Made by a program: the position numbers and the translations under genes. A stretch of 63,096 nucleotides of DNA, counting the filler, from Aduncisulcus paluster (lineage: Eukaryota): the NCBI GenBank assembly GCA_024181965.1. It is 13 parts of 13 records of this genome, joined end to end, with 100 filler letters (N's around TTAATTAATTAA, not from the genome) between each part and the next. Parts side by side here need not be neighbours in the genome. Positions count along the whole stretch, not along the records: positions 36,303 to 52,615 come from BQXS01000196.1; positions 52,716 to 54,230 come from BQXS01000197.1; positions 54,331 to 55,818 come from BQXS01000198.1; 10 more parts are not named here. The stretch is one strand, 5' to 3'. Below the pieces are notes generated by a model. It did no database searches and was not told the DNA's origin. It worked only from the letters and a program-made list of their open reading frames with translations. Below are positions 44,065-55,051 of the stretch, piece after piece (the stretch's first letter is position 1; every line of letters begins with the position of its first letter).

Positions 44065-44874
44065 ATGAAGTTCATAGTTTTTGCTGTTTTTGCTCTCTTG
44101 GCGGTGTGTTTGGCTGTCCCAACTGAAAGAGAAGTTTTGGAGACTATTTATGATTCCATGGGTGGTGCTGATTGGACTATTAGCACTGGATGGATGACTG
44201 ATGCTGACATCTGTACTTGGTATGGTGTGATGTGCAACAATGGAGTTGTGACTTATTTGACCCTTGATAATAATAATCTTGTTGGATCCATTCCTGATGA
44301 CATTCAGTATCTTACCTTCCTTAAATCCCTCTACATGAGGAACAATACTGTGGAGGGGACTATTCCTGATGGTATATGTTCCCTTTCCAATTTACAATAC
44401 CTTAACCTTGTGAATAATTACATTACTGGTGAAATCCCACAGTGTATTTGTAATTTGGACCAGATTAAATACATCTATCTCTCTCAAAATATGCTTGAAG
44501 GAGCTGTTCCTGACTGTTCTGAAGGTGAATATGATGTTGAGATTCCTCTCTACTCTTTGATTGAGATGCACGTTGATTGCAATTATTTGGATGGAGAATT
44601 GAGCCTCTATTTCCTTAGCTTGCCATATCTAAAGGAAATATACACTTTCTGTACTGAGCTTGCTTGTGTGGAGGAATATGAAATTCTCCTCGGCCTTGGT
44701 TACCGCTGCACAGAAACCGAGGCATACTGTGAAATTTGTTTGAAGGTTCCTATCTTGCCTCACTGCGCTCCTTATGTAGTGTACAGTGAGACCTGTGGAA
44801 AGTACTATCCCATTGAACCTCCTGTCAATCCTTCCCCCCCAACTGACAGTCACTGCAACATCATTGTTGAGTAA
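44065..44874 (+). CDS. Giardia-type cyst wall protein homolog (signal peptide, LRRs, Cys-rich C-terminus)
   Basis: EREVLETIYDSMGGADW...WMTDADICTWYGVMC, LVGSIPDDIQYLTFLKSLY, GTIPDGICSLSNLQYL, GEIPQCIC, EMHVDCN, LSLPYLKEIY and C..YCEIC...C...CGKYY parallel Giardia CWP1/2 along the whole length (~270 aa). Confidence 0.85.
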   Translation: MKFIVFAVFALLAVCLAVPTEREVLETIYDSMGGADWTISTGWMTDADICTWYGVMCNNGVVTYLTLDNNNLVGSIPDDIQYLTFLKSLYMRNNTVEGTIPDGICSLSNLQYLNLVNNYITGEIPQCICNLDQIKYIYLSQNMLEGAVPDCSEGEYDVEIPLYSLIEMHVDCNYLDGELSLYFLSLPYLKEIYTFCTELACVEEYEILLGLGYRCTETEAYCEICLKVPILPHCAPYVVYSETCGKYYPIEPPVNPSPPTDSHCNIIVE

Positions 44875-45055
44875 GTTGTAACATGGCAATTATCATATTA
44901 TTTGTAAGAAAAAAGTAAATGGTTGCTTTAGTTGATAAATTCAAATTTTGAAAATCGCTCACACTATACTGTGGATCACGGTATGGAAATATACTCAACA
45001 TTCCAGAGTTTATTGAAATTATGGGCATAATCCCACACAATAGTCATAATGGCTG

Positions 45056-45883
45056 TCATTTATCGCCAAGTAATTCTAGTAATTCAACAATTGATTGGCC
45101 TTCTTGTAATTCAATTGGAAATCCAGAACATCTTTTTTCCCGCTTTCCTGCTTTTGCAAGGACCTTTTTTTCTTCGGCAGCCTTCACTAATTGATCATAA
45201 GTAAATGGAGAAGGGTCAGTCAATCCACCAAATGGTGAAACATCAATAATTTTCCATTCTTTTTTATCGTTAATTATGACATCACATACATAACATGACA
45301 TTGGAAGGGCTTTAAAAGTTACAGACATAATGTCACGAATGATATCGCCGAGTTTTGACATTTTGGATTTTCCTTTTTCATTCCGAGATGATATTCCGAT
45401 ACATATTTTATCAAAAACGAAAAGACGAAACTCATCTTCTTCAGGAATATCGATATAAGGTTGTAATATTAATACGGGAGAGACACCTTCCCAGCTAGAA
45501 TCCTTCTCAGCAACCCCAAAACTGATAGGATTCCTTTCGATACACTCAACAAATTTCTCACTGGTTTGTAATAACTCCATGATCTCCTCATATGATGTAC
45601 AAAATCCATCAGATCGGGGTAAGACATAAAATGCATCATCAAGCGACATCCAATTAACCCTCACAAATACTTTTTTTCTAAATCTCGTTATAGCTTCATC
45701 AACATATTCAAAAAATGAATCAAATTTAGGAGGATCATGAATTCCATCGGATAAAATAAACTCAGTAACCTCCTCGGGAATACTAATTAATACAGAAGGG
45801 AGAGTAAATTCATTTAAATTTTTATACCAATTATTAAAAGAACATGATATTAAATCCGAAGTAAGAGGAGTATTCATAAGCAT
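45056..45883 (-). CDS. CDC123: CDC123/D123 ATP-grasp protein (eIF2 assembly factor)
   Basis: Motifs CSFNNWY, VFVRVNWMSLDDA, LLQTSE, EFRLFV...IGISSR, YVCDV and IIDVSPFGGLTDP. Confidence 0.88.
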   Translation of the reverse strand: MLMNTPLTSDLISCSFNNWYKNLNEFTLPSVLISIPEEVTEFILSDGIHDPPKFDSFFEYVDEAITRFRKKVFVRVNWMSLDDAFYVLPRSDGFCTSYEEIMELLQTSEKFVECIERNPISFGVAEKDSSWEGVSPVLILQPYIDIPEEDEFRLFVFDKICIGISSRNEKGKSKMSKLGDIIRDIMSVTFKALPMSCYVCDVIINDKKEWKIIDVSPFGGLTDPSPFTYDQLVKAAEEKKVLAKAGKREKRCSGFPIELQEGQSIVELLELLGDK

Positions 45884-46090
45884 AATCTAAAACATTTGAA
45901 GTTGTAAAAAAATTGCTAAAAATAGATATATTAATATTCTAATTTAAATTAAAATACTTTTGGTAATATAATTTTATTAAAGTATAAATATTATCAAAAT
46001 TAATTTTTTTAAATCTATATTTAGATAATTTTTATCATGTTTTCTGAATAAGTAATATTATTATGAGGTTTTTGTACTATTATTATTATT

Positions 46091-46762
46091 TTATTGAAAT
46101 ACTAATTGAATTTGAAATATATATATCTCTTTATACCATTTTGAAGAGGATAATTCTAAGTTTAATTTTTTTGAGGGAAGTTGGAAGCAAGAATTCGAAT
46201 ATGGTGGCGCAGCAATAACAAGATATTGAAACGATTCTGAATTAGGTGGTCTTTTTTCTTCTGGAATTTCAAAAGGTGATAGAATTCGATACAAGGGATC
46301 AATTCTAAAGATATGTGGGAGTTCAATTTCGAATAATATAACCGCTTTTCCACTTATCGGGTGTTGAAGTTTTTGAATTTTGAATGCAGGAGTTCCAATT
46401 TTCTGAGAAAAGGAAGAAAATCTTCTTTTTTCTGACAATTTTTTTTCATAAGAAAGAACAAAATCTGGGGTAGAATGTCGGCTTCTCCCATACTTTTTTT
46501 GATTATATGCAATTAATCTTAATTTGTGATCTCGAGTAGCCGTATGAATAAAATAAGCATCTTCACTCTTATGTTCAGAGCCACACAAACGGCATTCGAA
46601 TGTATTTCGATTGGTTTTTAGAACATATGGATCTTTTGATAAATCTGTTTTTCTTTTTGTTAGCTCTTGTCTTTTTCTTTTTTGATAAGTATGATAAAGA
46701 TGGGCTGGCGCATCACCGCCGCCTCCCAAACTTACACCCCAATTTCTATCTCGCCCTGACAT
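46091..46762 (-). CDS. SF3A2: splicing factor 3A subunit 2 (SAP62/Prp11)
   Basis: DLSKDPY...FECRLC..H..E..Y..H....H (matrin-type zinc finger), KIGTPAFKIQK, YRILSPFE and FQYLVIAAPPY. Confidence 0.9.
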   Translation of the reverse strand: MSGRDRNWGVSLGGGGDAPAHLYHTYQKRKRQELTKRKTDLSKDPYVLKTNRNTFECRLCGSEHKSEDAYFIHTATRDHKLRLIAYNQKKYGRSRHSTPDFVLSYEKKLSEKRRFSSFSQKIGTPAFKIQKLQHPISGKAVILFEIELPHIFRIDPLYRILSPFEIPEEKRPPNSESFQYLVIAAPPYSNSCFQLPSKKLNLELSSSKWYKEIYIFQIQLVFQ

Positions 46763-47049
46763 CAAATAGAGGTAAAAAACAATGAAAAATAAGAAGGGAT
46801 TATGGCAAGACAACAAATAGAACAAAATATAAGTAATTTGCGACTGTATAGTTATTAGATTCCAAACTAATGTTAAATTTCTTTAACGGAACATAAATCA
46901 AATATTAACTCTTTTATTATTCCATTTAACTATATGTGCAAGAAGATAAGAGGATATTCTCTAAAATCATTAATTTCTTGTAGTTTAGAAGGAAAGGAGG
47001 AATTTTCAAATCTTTTTTTGTTATACTTTACTCTTGAAATTAAGAAAAT

Positions 47050-47679
47050 ATGGAACGTGGAATTGTTAAACTTGTCCAAGTCCCTCTTGGACTTGATCCG
47101 GAACTCTGTCGCCAATTCATATCAAAACATACCAAAGTTTTTAGAATTCATTTTAAAAGGAGGAAAGTAAGTGATGGGGTCCGTTCGATGAAGAGGAAAC
47201 ACACCATATTAAGGTTTGAATGTGGATGGTTTGAAGTAGAATCGTTTGATGAGGCTAATAGACTTGTAAAAATGTTGAATGGTACACCCATTACGAAAAA
47301 GAAGTGTGAATTGGCTAAATCCAATTGGAGTCTTGTTGTTTCTGATAAAGACACTGATTGGGAAGATATTGAAGTGTCTGAATCGTATGAAAAGGTATTA
47401 CGGGCAAGAAAACTTAAAAAATCACTCTCAAAAGCTAAGGAAAAACAGATTAGAGTGAAAGATCGGGTTTTGAAGGATCAAGCCAGACATTATATTGTTC
47501 GGCGGAAAGAAAAGAAAGAAGCCGCTCGTAAACAGCAAGAAGGGAAAGGAATTGGAAAAATTGGAAAATATGGTGACTCGTTTCAAACTGTAGTTGGTAT
47601 TTCTTCATTTGCCTCAAAATCTCAAAAGAAATCGAAAAGTAGATGTATTGATAAGGAAATATTTAATTCTATTTTCTGA
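47050..47679 (+). CDS. ESF2: pre-rRNA processing protein ESF2/ABT1
   Basis: GIVKLVQVP, RFECGWFEV...A......LNGTPITKKK and W...WEDI match the ESF2/ABT1 RRM region. Confidence 0.8.
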   Translation: MERGIVKLVQVPLGLDPELCRQFISKHTKVFRIHFKRRKVSDGVRSMKRKHTILRFECGWFEVESFDEANRLVKMLNGTPITKKKCELAKSNWSLVVSDKDTDWEDIEVSESYEKVLRARKLKKSLSKAKEKQIRVKDRVLKDQARHYIVRRKEKKEAARKQQEGKGIGKIGKYGDSFQTVVGISSFASKSQKKSKSRCIDKEIFNSIF

Positions 47680-47717
47680 ATGTTGAGAAAAATTGGATTA
47701 TATTTGTTTAATTATTT

Positions 47718-49682
47718 TTACTTTTGAAACTCTGAAGATTTTGAATCTTTCATTGCCACACGCATCAGAGAGGCAGTCTGATTAATTCCTTCTGAAATCC
47801 GACAATTAATCCACAGTAAACAATCTGACAATCCAGAATGAACAGTTTTCTTGTCTAATAAATCCTTTTCTAACGTTTTTTCTTCCTTTTTCAGGCGATA
47901 TATAGTTTTGTTGGATTCTTCCAATACATCAAATGGATGGGACCGTCCAGTAAGCATTTTTCGACAATATCTTTGTTCTATTTTTAGATTTGAGAACAAT
48001 TCGGCACTTTGATCTCTCATGGAACGGGTAGCTTTCATTGCTTGGAAAACAATTCCCAGCTTTTCTTTCAACATCCTCACAAAAAGCTCACGTTGCCGAA
48101 TAATCTCAATAAGACAAACCATTTCTTTCTTTTTTAGCTGTTCTTTTTTCACAGAGACCAAAAACTGGTCGATTCTGGCTTTATCATCAGCATCAGAGAT
48201 TGTGTGCTTTGATTTGAGGTCTTTTTCTTTGAAGGTATCCTCGGAAGGAGCATGTCTATTCTTGTTTAGTCCATCAACGAGAGTGCTTACACCAATTATC
48301 GGATCATATTGACGATGTTTGAAGAAAGAGATTGCCTCAACCTCCCGGATTGATAAAGTGGACAAAGATACGTGCAATGGTGAGGATTCTCCGAGAAGAA
48401 GGCGAGATGGGGGCACAGTAATAGATGGACATATCGAGAGAGGAGAGGTGTGATATGTATATGTGTAAAAGAGATTATCTTCCAATTCTTGGAGTTTACG
48501 CCGGCTTTTACCAGAAAAGTTTCTAAATATAGTATCAATAAATGTGTGGGGATGTTGCACAATTGCAGATCCACCGCATGGCAATTGTTCTCGAGATTGG
48601 GTCTGATCACGGGGTAAGGTTATTTTTTTCTTGCCAAGATCTTTTAAATCGGATTCGTTCAATCCTTCTTGGAAAGAAAACATGGGAATAAATTGTTCAA
48701 ATCGCTCGGAATGGACCAGCTTTCCACCACTCAACATCAAGTCGAATGCATTCAATTTGGATTGTCCTTCGTGATATTTTGTTGCATTTGATTANNNNNN
48801 NNNNNNNNNNNNNNTAGATGGACATATCGAGAGAGGAGAGGTGTGATATGTATATGTGTAAAAGAGATTATCTTCCAATTCTTGGAGTTTACGCCGGCTT
48901 TTACCAGAAAAGTTTCTAAATATAGTATCAATAAATGTGTGGGGATGTTGCACAATTGCAGATCCACCGCATGGCAATTGTTCTCGAGATTGGGTCTGAT
49001 CACGGGGTAAGGTTATTTTTTTCTTGCCAAGATCTTTTAAATCGGATTCGTTCAATCCTTCTTGGAAAGAAAACATGGGAATAAATTGTTCAAATCGCTC
49101 GGAATGGACCAGCTTTCCACCACTCAACATCAAGTCGAATGCATTCAATTTGGATTGTCCTTCGTGATATTTTTGTTGCATTTGATTATATTTCTTCAAT
49201 AATTTGTTTGAATTTGTTCTTGGATGAGCTCCTACTCGATCAACAAGAGGACGAGTCCCTTTGGGTGAGAATGAAGTGTGCGAATGAGAATGGGTGGTGG
49301 AGGAATTGATAATCCGATGATAGCCAGACGGAGGACGAGCTACAGGATTTTTTTGAGTCACTAAAAGAGATTCTAACTTGGAGATGCGAATAGAAGGAGT
49401 AGTATCGGTAAAAGTTGAACTCGGTTGGTCTGAAGCAAAAGTACGGGCACCAAATTCAGTATTCGGGATAGTAGTAGAATAAGTATGTTTGTATTGAACT
49501 CGAGGAGAAGGAGTCTTGTCTGAAATGGGAGAAGCTGTAAAACTTCGCTTGGAAATTGATCTGGGCGACAGATTCTTATTTGATTTAACGCTTAAGGTGT
49601 TTGGAGTCTTCTTTGGCGTCAATTTACCACGATATTTGGAACTTTGGCGAACTTTGTCAGGAGATTCACTTTCACCAGCCAT
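47718..49682 (-). CDS. hypothetical protein with S/T/P-rich N-terminus and C-terminal coiled coil; split by assembly overlap (48422-48794 ~ 48815-49188)
   Basis: The two ORFs share the duplicated flank and merge into one frame. Confidence 0.7.
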
Positions 49683-49969
49683 TTTATCAACTTGGGGTGA
49701 TGTTTCTATGTATTAAAGCAAGTAAAATATATAATAATATAAATATAAAAACTATATTAAGTAATTTTCAGGCGATAAAGAATATAAAACTTCATGAGAT
49801 ATTTCGAGTGAGAAAACATACGCATTATCAACAATATTGATCAAAATAAAAATAAAAATGTTAAAACGAAAGAAAAAATACAGATTTTGTTACAGCCGAA
49901 TGCTGATCTCTACACAAAGACCAACTTTTTTCGAATTTTTTAATTTCGTTTTGGCCCAACAATACTAAT

Positions 49970-52224
49970 ATGCCAACTCAGGCAACGGCAAGAGATAGAC
50001 GTAGTGCTAGAACAACTACGAAAAAGAGTGGTAAAAAGAAAGGAAAGTCATCTGTTGACAAGGCAAAGAAGTACGATAAACTAAAAGTATGTACAATTGT
50101 ATTTTTGAAATTTTCAATTCAATATAAGATGGGACCCCATATAATTTACCAATTTTTGATTATATATGTTATTGTTTTTTGTTCTCACCAAATGTTTTCA
50201 AATTCTCTGTTTCATCATTGTTCATTGTGAATTTTTGTCTTGGTTTGTAGCCCCCTGTTTTTCAACAGCCAGAACCTCTTGATTTGGATGAAAAAACACT
50301 TGAAGCGGAGCATACGCGAGTGTTGTCTACAACAAATCCCAATGCCCCGGATAACATTGTAAGATTCTCCTTTAAAGAGGGAGCATATAAATTGGAAAGC
50401 CTTGTTCAACAGGCTGAGTTCCATCTTTCAATGGATGGTCCTCTTATTTTGGCGGATTCCGAAGAAGCCAGACTTCACCGTGAGAAACAGGAGGAAGAAG
50501 AGAGATTAAGGAAACGACAGGCCGAAAAGTCAACTGGTGTGGGTATCGGCACTGGTACTTCAACTGAACCTTCCACTGTTCTTCGCAACCAGTTTAATTT
50601 TACCGAAAGAGGTGCTCAAATCTTCATTCCTCCTCCAAAAGAGGTTGGAGTGTATACTGAACCCCCTCCAACTGATGTTTTACGTGGAAGTGTTACACAA
50701 TGGCAAATATATGATGCTTATCAGAAAGAAATCACTCAGCGGATCAAAATGGCCAATATTCAGCGTAAAAGGAGGCCAGAAAAGAAATCGAGCGATGAAG
50801 AAGATACAAAGAAATTTGGATTCCCTGAAGGAGTTGCTGAAATGGAAGAAAGAGCCACTAGTTCATCTGATGCCGCAGAGATCGTTCTTCCATCTTCTCT
50901 TGCTTCTTCCCTGTCTATTGTTGAAAGGATGGTGAGCCAAAACGGTTTGAGTGATGTTATTCTCGATTTTAAATATTGGGATGATCCCAGAGATGCTTAT
51001 CGTGAGGAAGGAAGTCTTTTGCCTTTGTGGGAGTTCGCTTACGAGAAGACAAAGAAAAGGGTTGTCACTGGGATGGCTTGGAACCATAAATACCCCGATT
51101 TATTTGCTGTCAGTTTTGGTTCCTTCGCCTTCAAGGCTGGAATCTCCACAAAGAAACAGCGTGGGCATGTCCTTTGTTACACTCTTAAGAACCCCGGTTA
51201 CCCATGCAATGTGATCCCTACTGATGCTTATGCTATGTGTGTATGCTGGCATCCAAAGAAACCTTCAATTTTGGCCGTCGGTTTCCATGATGGAAACATT
51301 GCTCTGTATGATATTTCATCCTCTTCTTCTTCCTCCTCTTATTCCCTCATTACATCGACCAATAGCAGCACGGGAAAACACAAGGATAGCGTTTGGGGAA
51401 TTAAATTCCAAAACACTGATAGTGACCGTGTCATGAGTGTTCTTTCCGTCTCTCTTGATGGATCTGTGATCACTTGGAGCGTTGTTGGGGGCGAGATAGC
51501 CATTGCAAACACCACAACTTTGGTTGTTCCCGACAAGGAGAAGGAGGAGAGCAGCAAGGAAAAGAGTGATCTCGATGTGGTTGGTGGAACTTGTATTGCT
51601 GTCCCAAACGGAGAAGATGAGTATGTATTCGTTGTTGGAACAGAGGAAGGGCCATTACGGCTGTGCAGTCGGGCGTATGGAGGTCAGTATCAACAGTCAT
51701 TCATGGGACATTCTCTCGCCGTCTATGGAGTCCAGTTCAACCAATGGTGCAATGATGTTTTGTTGAGTTGCAGTGAAGATTGGTCCATTAAATTGTGGAA
51801 AAAGGGAAGAACAACCCCTATTTGCACCCTTGATTGTGGCTGTGCTGTGTTGGATTGTGCGTGGTCTCCTCACTCTTCTTCCGTTTGTATGGGAGGGCTG
51901 TCCGACGGTCGTGTTGTTATGTATGATCTGAATTACTCAACCGCAAAGCCCAGATGTGTACAACAAGTCGTTGGGGGTCGTGTAAGCCGAGTGTGTTTCA
52001 ATCCTGTGTACCCCATTGTCCTGGTTGGTGACGACCGTGGTAAGGTTTGTTGTTTGAAGATTAGTCCAAATTTGCGTCGTATTTCTCAGGTTGTGAAGAA
52101 AAAGGGTACTGAGGAAATATCAAAGCAAGATGAAGAGAAGATAGTCGAGGAAATGGAAAGAGGGAAACTTAACTCATTCATTTCTCATTCCATTAAGGCT
52201 AGGAAGGCAGCAGGGTTAGAATGA
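49970..52224 (+). CDS. DNAI1: axonemal outer-arm dynein intermediate chain 1 (IC78/DNAI1); exons 49970-50086 and 50251-52224
   Basis: Motifs TRVLSTTNPNAPDNIVRFSFKEGAYK, LRNQFNFTERGAQ, QWQIYDAY, VERMVSQN, DFKYWDD...EGSLLPLWEF and WD40 repeats. In-frame 164-nt GTATGT...TAG intron. Confidence 0.95.
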
Positions 52225-52293
52225 ATGGTTTACTAGTAAAAATCACTGATTGTAGGCATATATTTGATATTGCTGGGTTCAAGGCACTGACTC

Positions 52294-52615
52294 TTAACGC
52301 GAGGAATCCAAAACAACGTCGAAGGCGGCAAGACAATCACATGAATGCTTCAAAAGGTCAATGCATATATGAATGGATTCATTATGTGTGAGCAATTTGT
52401 CTCGTAATATCTCGAGCTCAGAATCAGAATAAGACATCCCAAGTTTCCAATTTTCAAGTTCTTGCCGGAAATTCCACCTTTTTTTACGCATAATGAGCCG
52501 GAGATCTGCAAGAAATTTCATAATTTTTGCTGAGAGTGCATTGACAAACTTTTTCTTTTCAAAATCATCAGAATTTGTCAATATCGTTTGCATTGAGAGA
52601 ATGTGTGGCATAGTT
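52294..52615 (-). CDS. hypothetical protein C-terminal fragment, 5' partial
   Basis: Open frame from the contig edge, convergent with DNAI1. Confidence 0.4.
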
Positions 52616-52715
52616 NNNNNNNNNNNNNNNNNNNNNNNNNNNNNNNNNNNNNNNNNNNNTTAATTAATTAANNNNNNNNNNNNNNNNNNNNNNNNNNNNN
52701 NNNNNNNNNNNNNNN

Positions 52716-53347
52716 GAGTCAGCTTCTTGGAGATGTATTTTATAACTCTGTCTCCTCCTTCACTTGGTTGAGTCAACACTCCTCCAAGGCCAATTGTAGA
52801 GGCATCAGTGTGGAGGACTAAGGGCAACGAGTAATCAACATGACACAGCAATGGGGACGAAGTCAAGTGTTTCTTGATCTTGTTGTGAGCTTCGTCACAC
52901 CTTTCATCCCATATAAACTCCTTATCCTTTGCCATCAGGTCTGTCAAAGGGGCAGTAATAGTTGCAAAGTCTGGGATAAACTTCCTGAAAAAGTTAGCAC
53001 TCCCCATGAAAGATCGAACGTCTTTAACATTCTTTGGGGCAGGTTGCTCGAGCAGCTGTTCGATTCTACTGGGGTCGACAGTGATTCCATCCTTGTTCAC
53101 TAACACTCCAAGGAAATCAGTTTCTTCGACACCCAACTTACACTTAGAGGGTTTAAGTCTCAATCCAAACTTCTTTAAGCATTCGAAGGTGCTTCTCAGG
53201 TTGTCAATGAAAGTTTCGTGGGTACCGTAAACAAGGAGATCATCGACAAAGACAACGCACTTCCCACGAAGTACAGGTTCCAAACAACACTGCATTGCAT
53301 ACTGGAAGTGGTTTGGGGCATTACGTAGCCCGAACGGCATACGCTTC
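52716..53347 (-). mobile_element. Ty3/gypsy pol fragment (RT C-half, connection, RNase H), interrupted by a nested LTR
   Basis: Motifs KRMPFGLRNAP, FVDDLLV, LKPSKC, FLG, VRSFMGSANFFRKFIPDFATITAPLTDL and LHTDASTIGLGGVLTQ. Confidence 0.95.
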
Positions 53348-53980
53348 TGTTATAACGTTGCAAATTTACTGAAACAAACAAATAAACCGAAGCTAAAAAT
53401 AGCAACATGAGAAATAAAATAAAATCATATAAAAATACCTAAAATATCATAACACTACCTTTTTTCCTTTTCAGGGCTATACCCACTCAGAATGTATATA
53501 AAATGCTATTACACCGGATATATTGATGATTTTAAAACCAATATGGCTGATATTCAAGATGATAATTTTTTGAAAAAAACTTAGAAAAATTTCGAAAATT
53601 TGAAATCGGCAAAATTTTACAAAATGTGAATTTTGCCACATTTGAATGTTTCTTTAAAGTCGAAGTTTAGAAATTTATAATCACTCTCTATTGCGGTTAT
53701 TTCCCTTACTAAATCTATTTAATATATTTTATAGATTCTTAGATAAGGCATGATGAGTTGTTATCTCCTGATCAGGTGGTGCCACAGCGATATTAATAGT
53801 GTTTTTGAAGACTCTTCTGCCCATTCATTATATTTTGCCTAGTTATTCTCTGATCTTTGTGAATGTATTAGAAGATGATTTCTTCAAAGTATTCCCATCG
53901 ATCTCGATGATTTAGTTCTAAATAGAAATTGTATTGAGAGTTTTTTGTCAATATTTCAATAGGAATATTCACTAATATCA
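53348..53980 (-). mobile_element. putative 633-bp 3' LTR
   Basis: On the minus strand it begins TGATATTA and ends TTATAACA (TG..CA, imperfect terminal inverted repeat). It is preceded by purine-rich GAAGACGGGTAGGGTAA and ends exactly where the other element's RT resumes. Confidence 0.65.
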
Positions 53981-53985
53981 TTACC

Positions 53986-54230
53986 CTACCCGTCTTCATC
54001 TCCTAACTCTTCCTTCAGCTTTGGATGTTCCTTGAGATAGTCGTCGACGGCTTCCGCAAACTTTACCTCTTTGTACGGGAGCCAGACATTCTGATCATCG
54101 CCATATCCCAGGAGACCAGGAATTCCCTCGAACGCTTGCCTCGTCTTCCTCGATGGGATAGGATCCGATCGATCTGGTATTCTTCCTCGTCGAGGGCTTG
54201 GGACAGCTTCTGATCTTCTTCAGGTTCATC
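53986..54230 (-). mobile_element. chromodomain at the end of a chromovirus-type pol (frameshifted)
   Basis: Reads EEEYQIDRILSHRGRRGKRSREFLVSW, then after a frameshift at ~54108, GYGDDQNVWLPYKEVKFAEAVDDYL...*. The stop is followed directly by a PPT-like tract and the LTR. Confidence 0.8.
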
Positions 54231-54330
54231 NNNNNNNNNNNNNNNNNNNNNNNNNNNNNNNNNNNNNNNNNNNNTTAATTAATTAANNNNNNNNNNNNNN
54301 NNNNNNNNNNNNNNNNNNNNNNNNNNNNNN

Positions 54331-55051
54331 CACCAAGACAGATAATGGATGTAATGGACCTTCTGGGGATAGTGCCTGATTTACACACCTCAATGAAGGT
54401 AGGAAATGCCGGGATACTGGCTATACCGACCACAGCGGTTCCGACAAGCAAGGAAAAGGAATTAATGGCAAATGGGCCAAATATAGTAGTAACATTCTTC
54501 TGAACAAAAATCTCAATCGTATAAACAATGATATCGAGGAATATAAGAAAAGTTCCAAGGTGGCTGGACGCATCACCCTCTCTAATGTCCTGAATGATCA
54601 AGACAGGGTTGATGGTAATGATAGTGCCGCATATACCGAAAATAAGCCCCAAAACAAGGATTTTGGTGATCTTTTCCCACCCTAAGATGGAACTTATCAC
54701 CATGGCAATGAAAGGCTGGGTGGCATAGATGACTCCACACATGATTGCACTTGTGTATTGCAGCCCAGTTGCAAGAAGGATCTCGTGAACTCCATGGATT
54801 AATCCAAGAAGCAGGAACCATTTCCCATGATTCTTAATGGCTTCTTTTGTAGGTTTATCAACGATAAACACGAATGGCAAAAGAATCAGCCCACCCATAG
54901 CAACTCGCATAAGGGCTACAATTGTTGCTGGAATACCTCCATTTCCATCGTCATCACCATTAATAGCCCATTGTACCCAAAAATCAACAAGAGAATTGAT
55001 ACATTGATCGAGAATGAATAGAATAATGGCGAAGATCTCTACTGATTCCAT
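54331..55051 (-). CDS. EamA/DMT superfamily transporter, 3' partial
   Basis: Multiple TM helices with motifs LMRVAMGGLILLPF, GLQYTSA, QPFIAMVISSILGWEKIT...GLIFGICGT and LGTFLIF...VQK. Confidence 0.88.

Noticed and set aside
41873-47679. RNA-processing gene cluster (RRP9, SF3A2, ESF2, CDC123)
   Set aside because: Orientations are mixed and unrelated genes are interspersed, which is compatible with chance in a compact genome.
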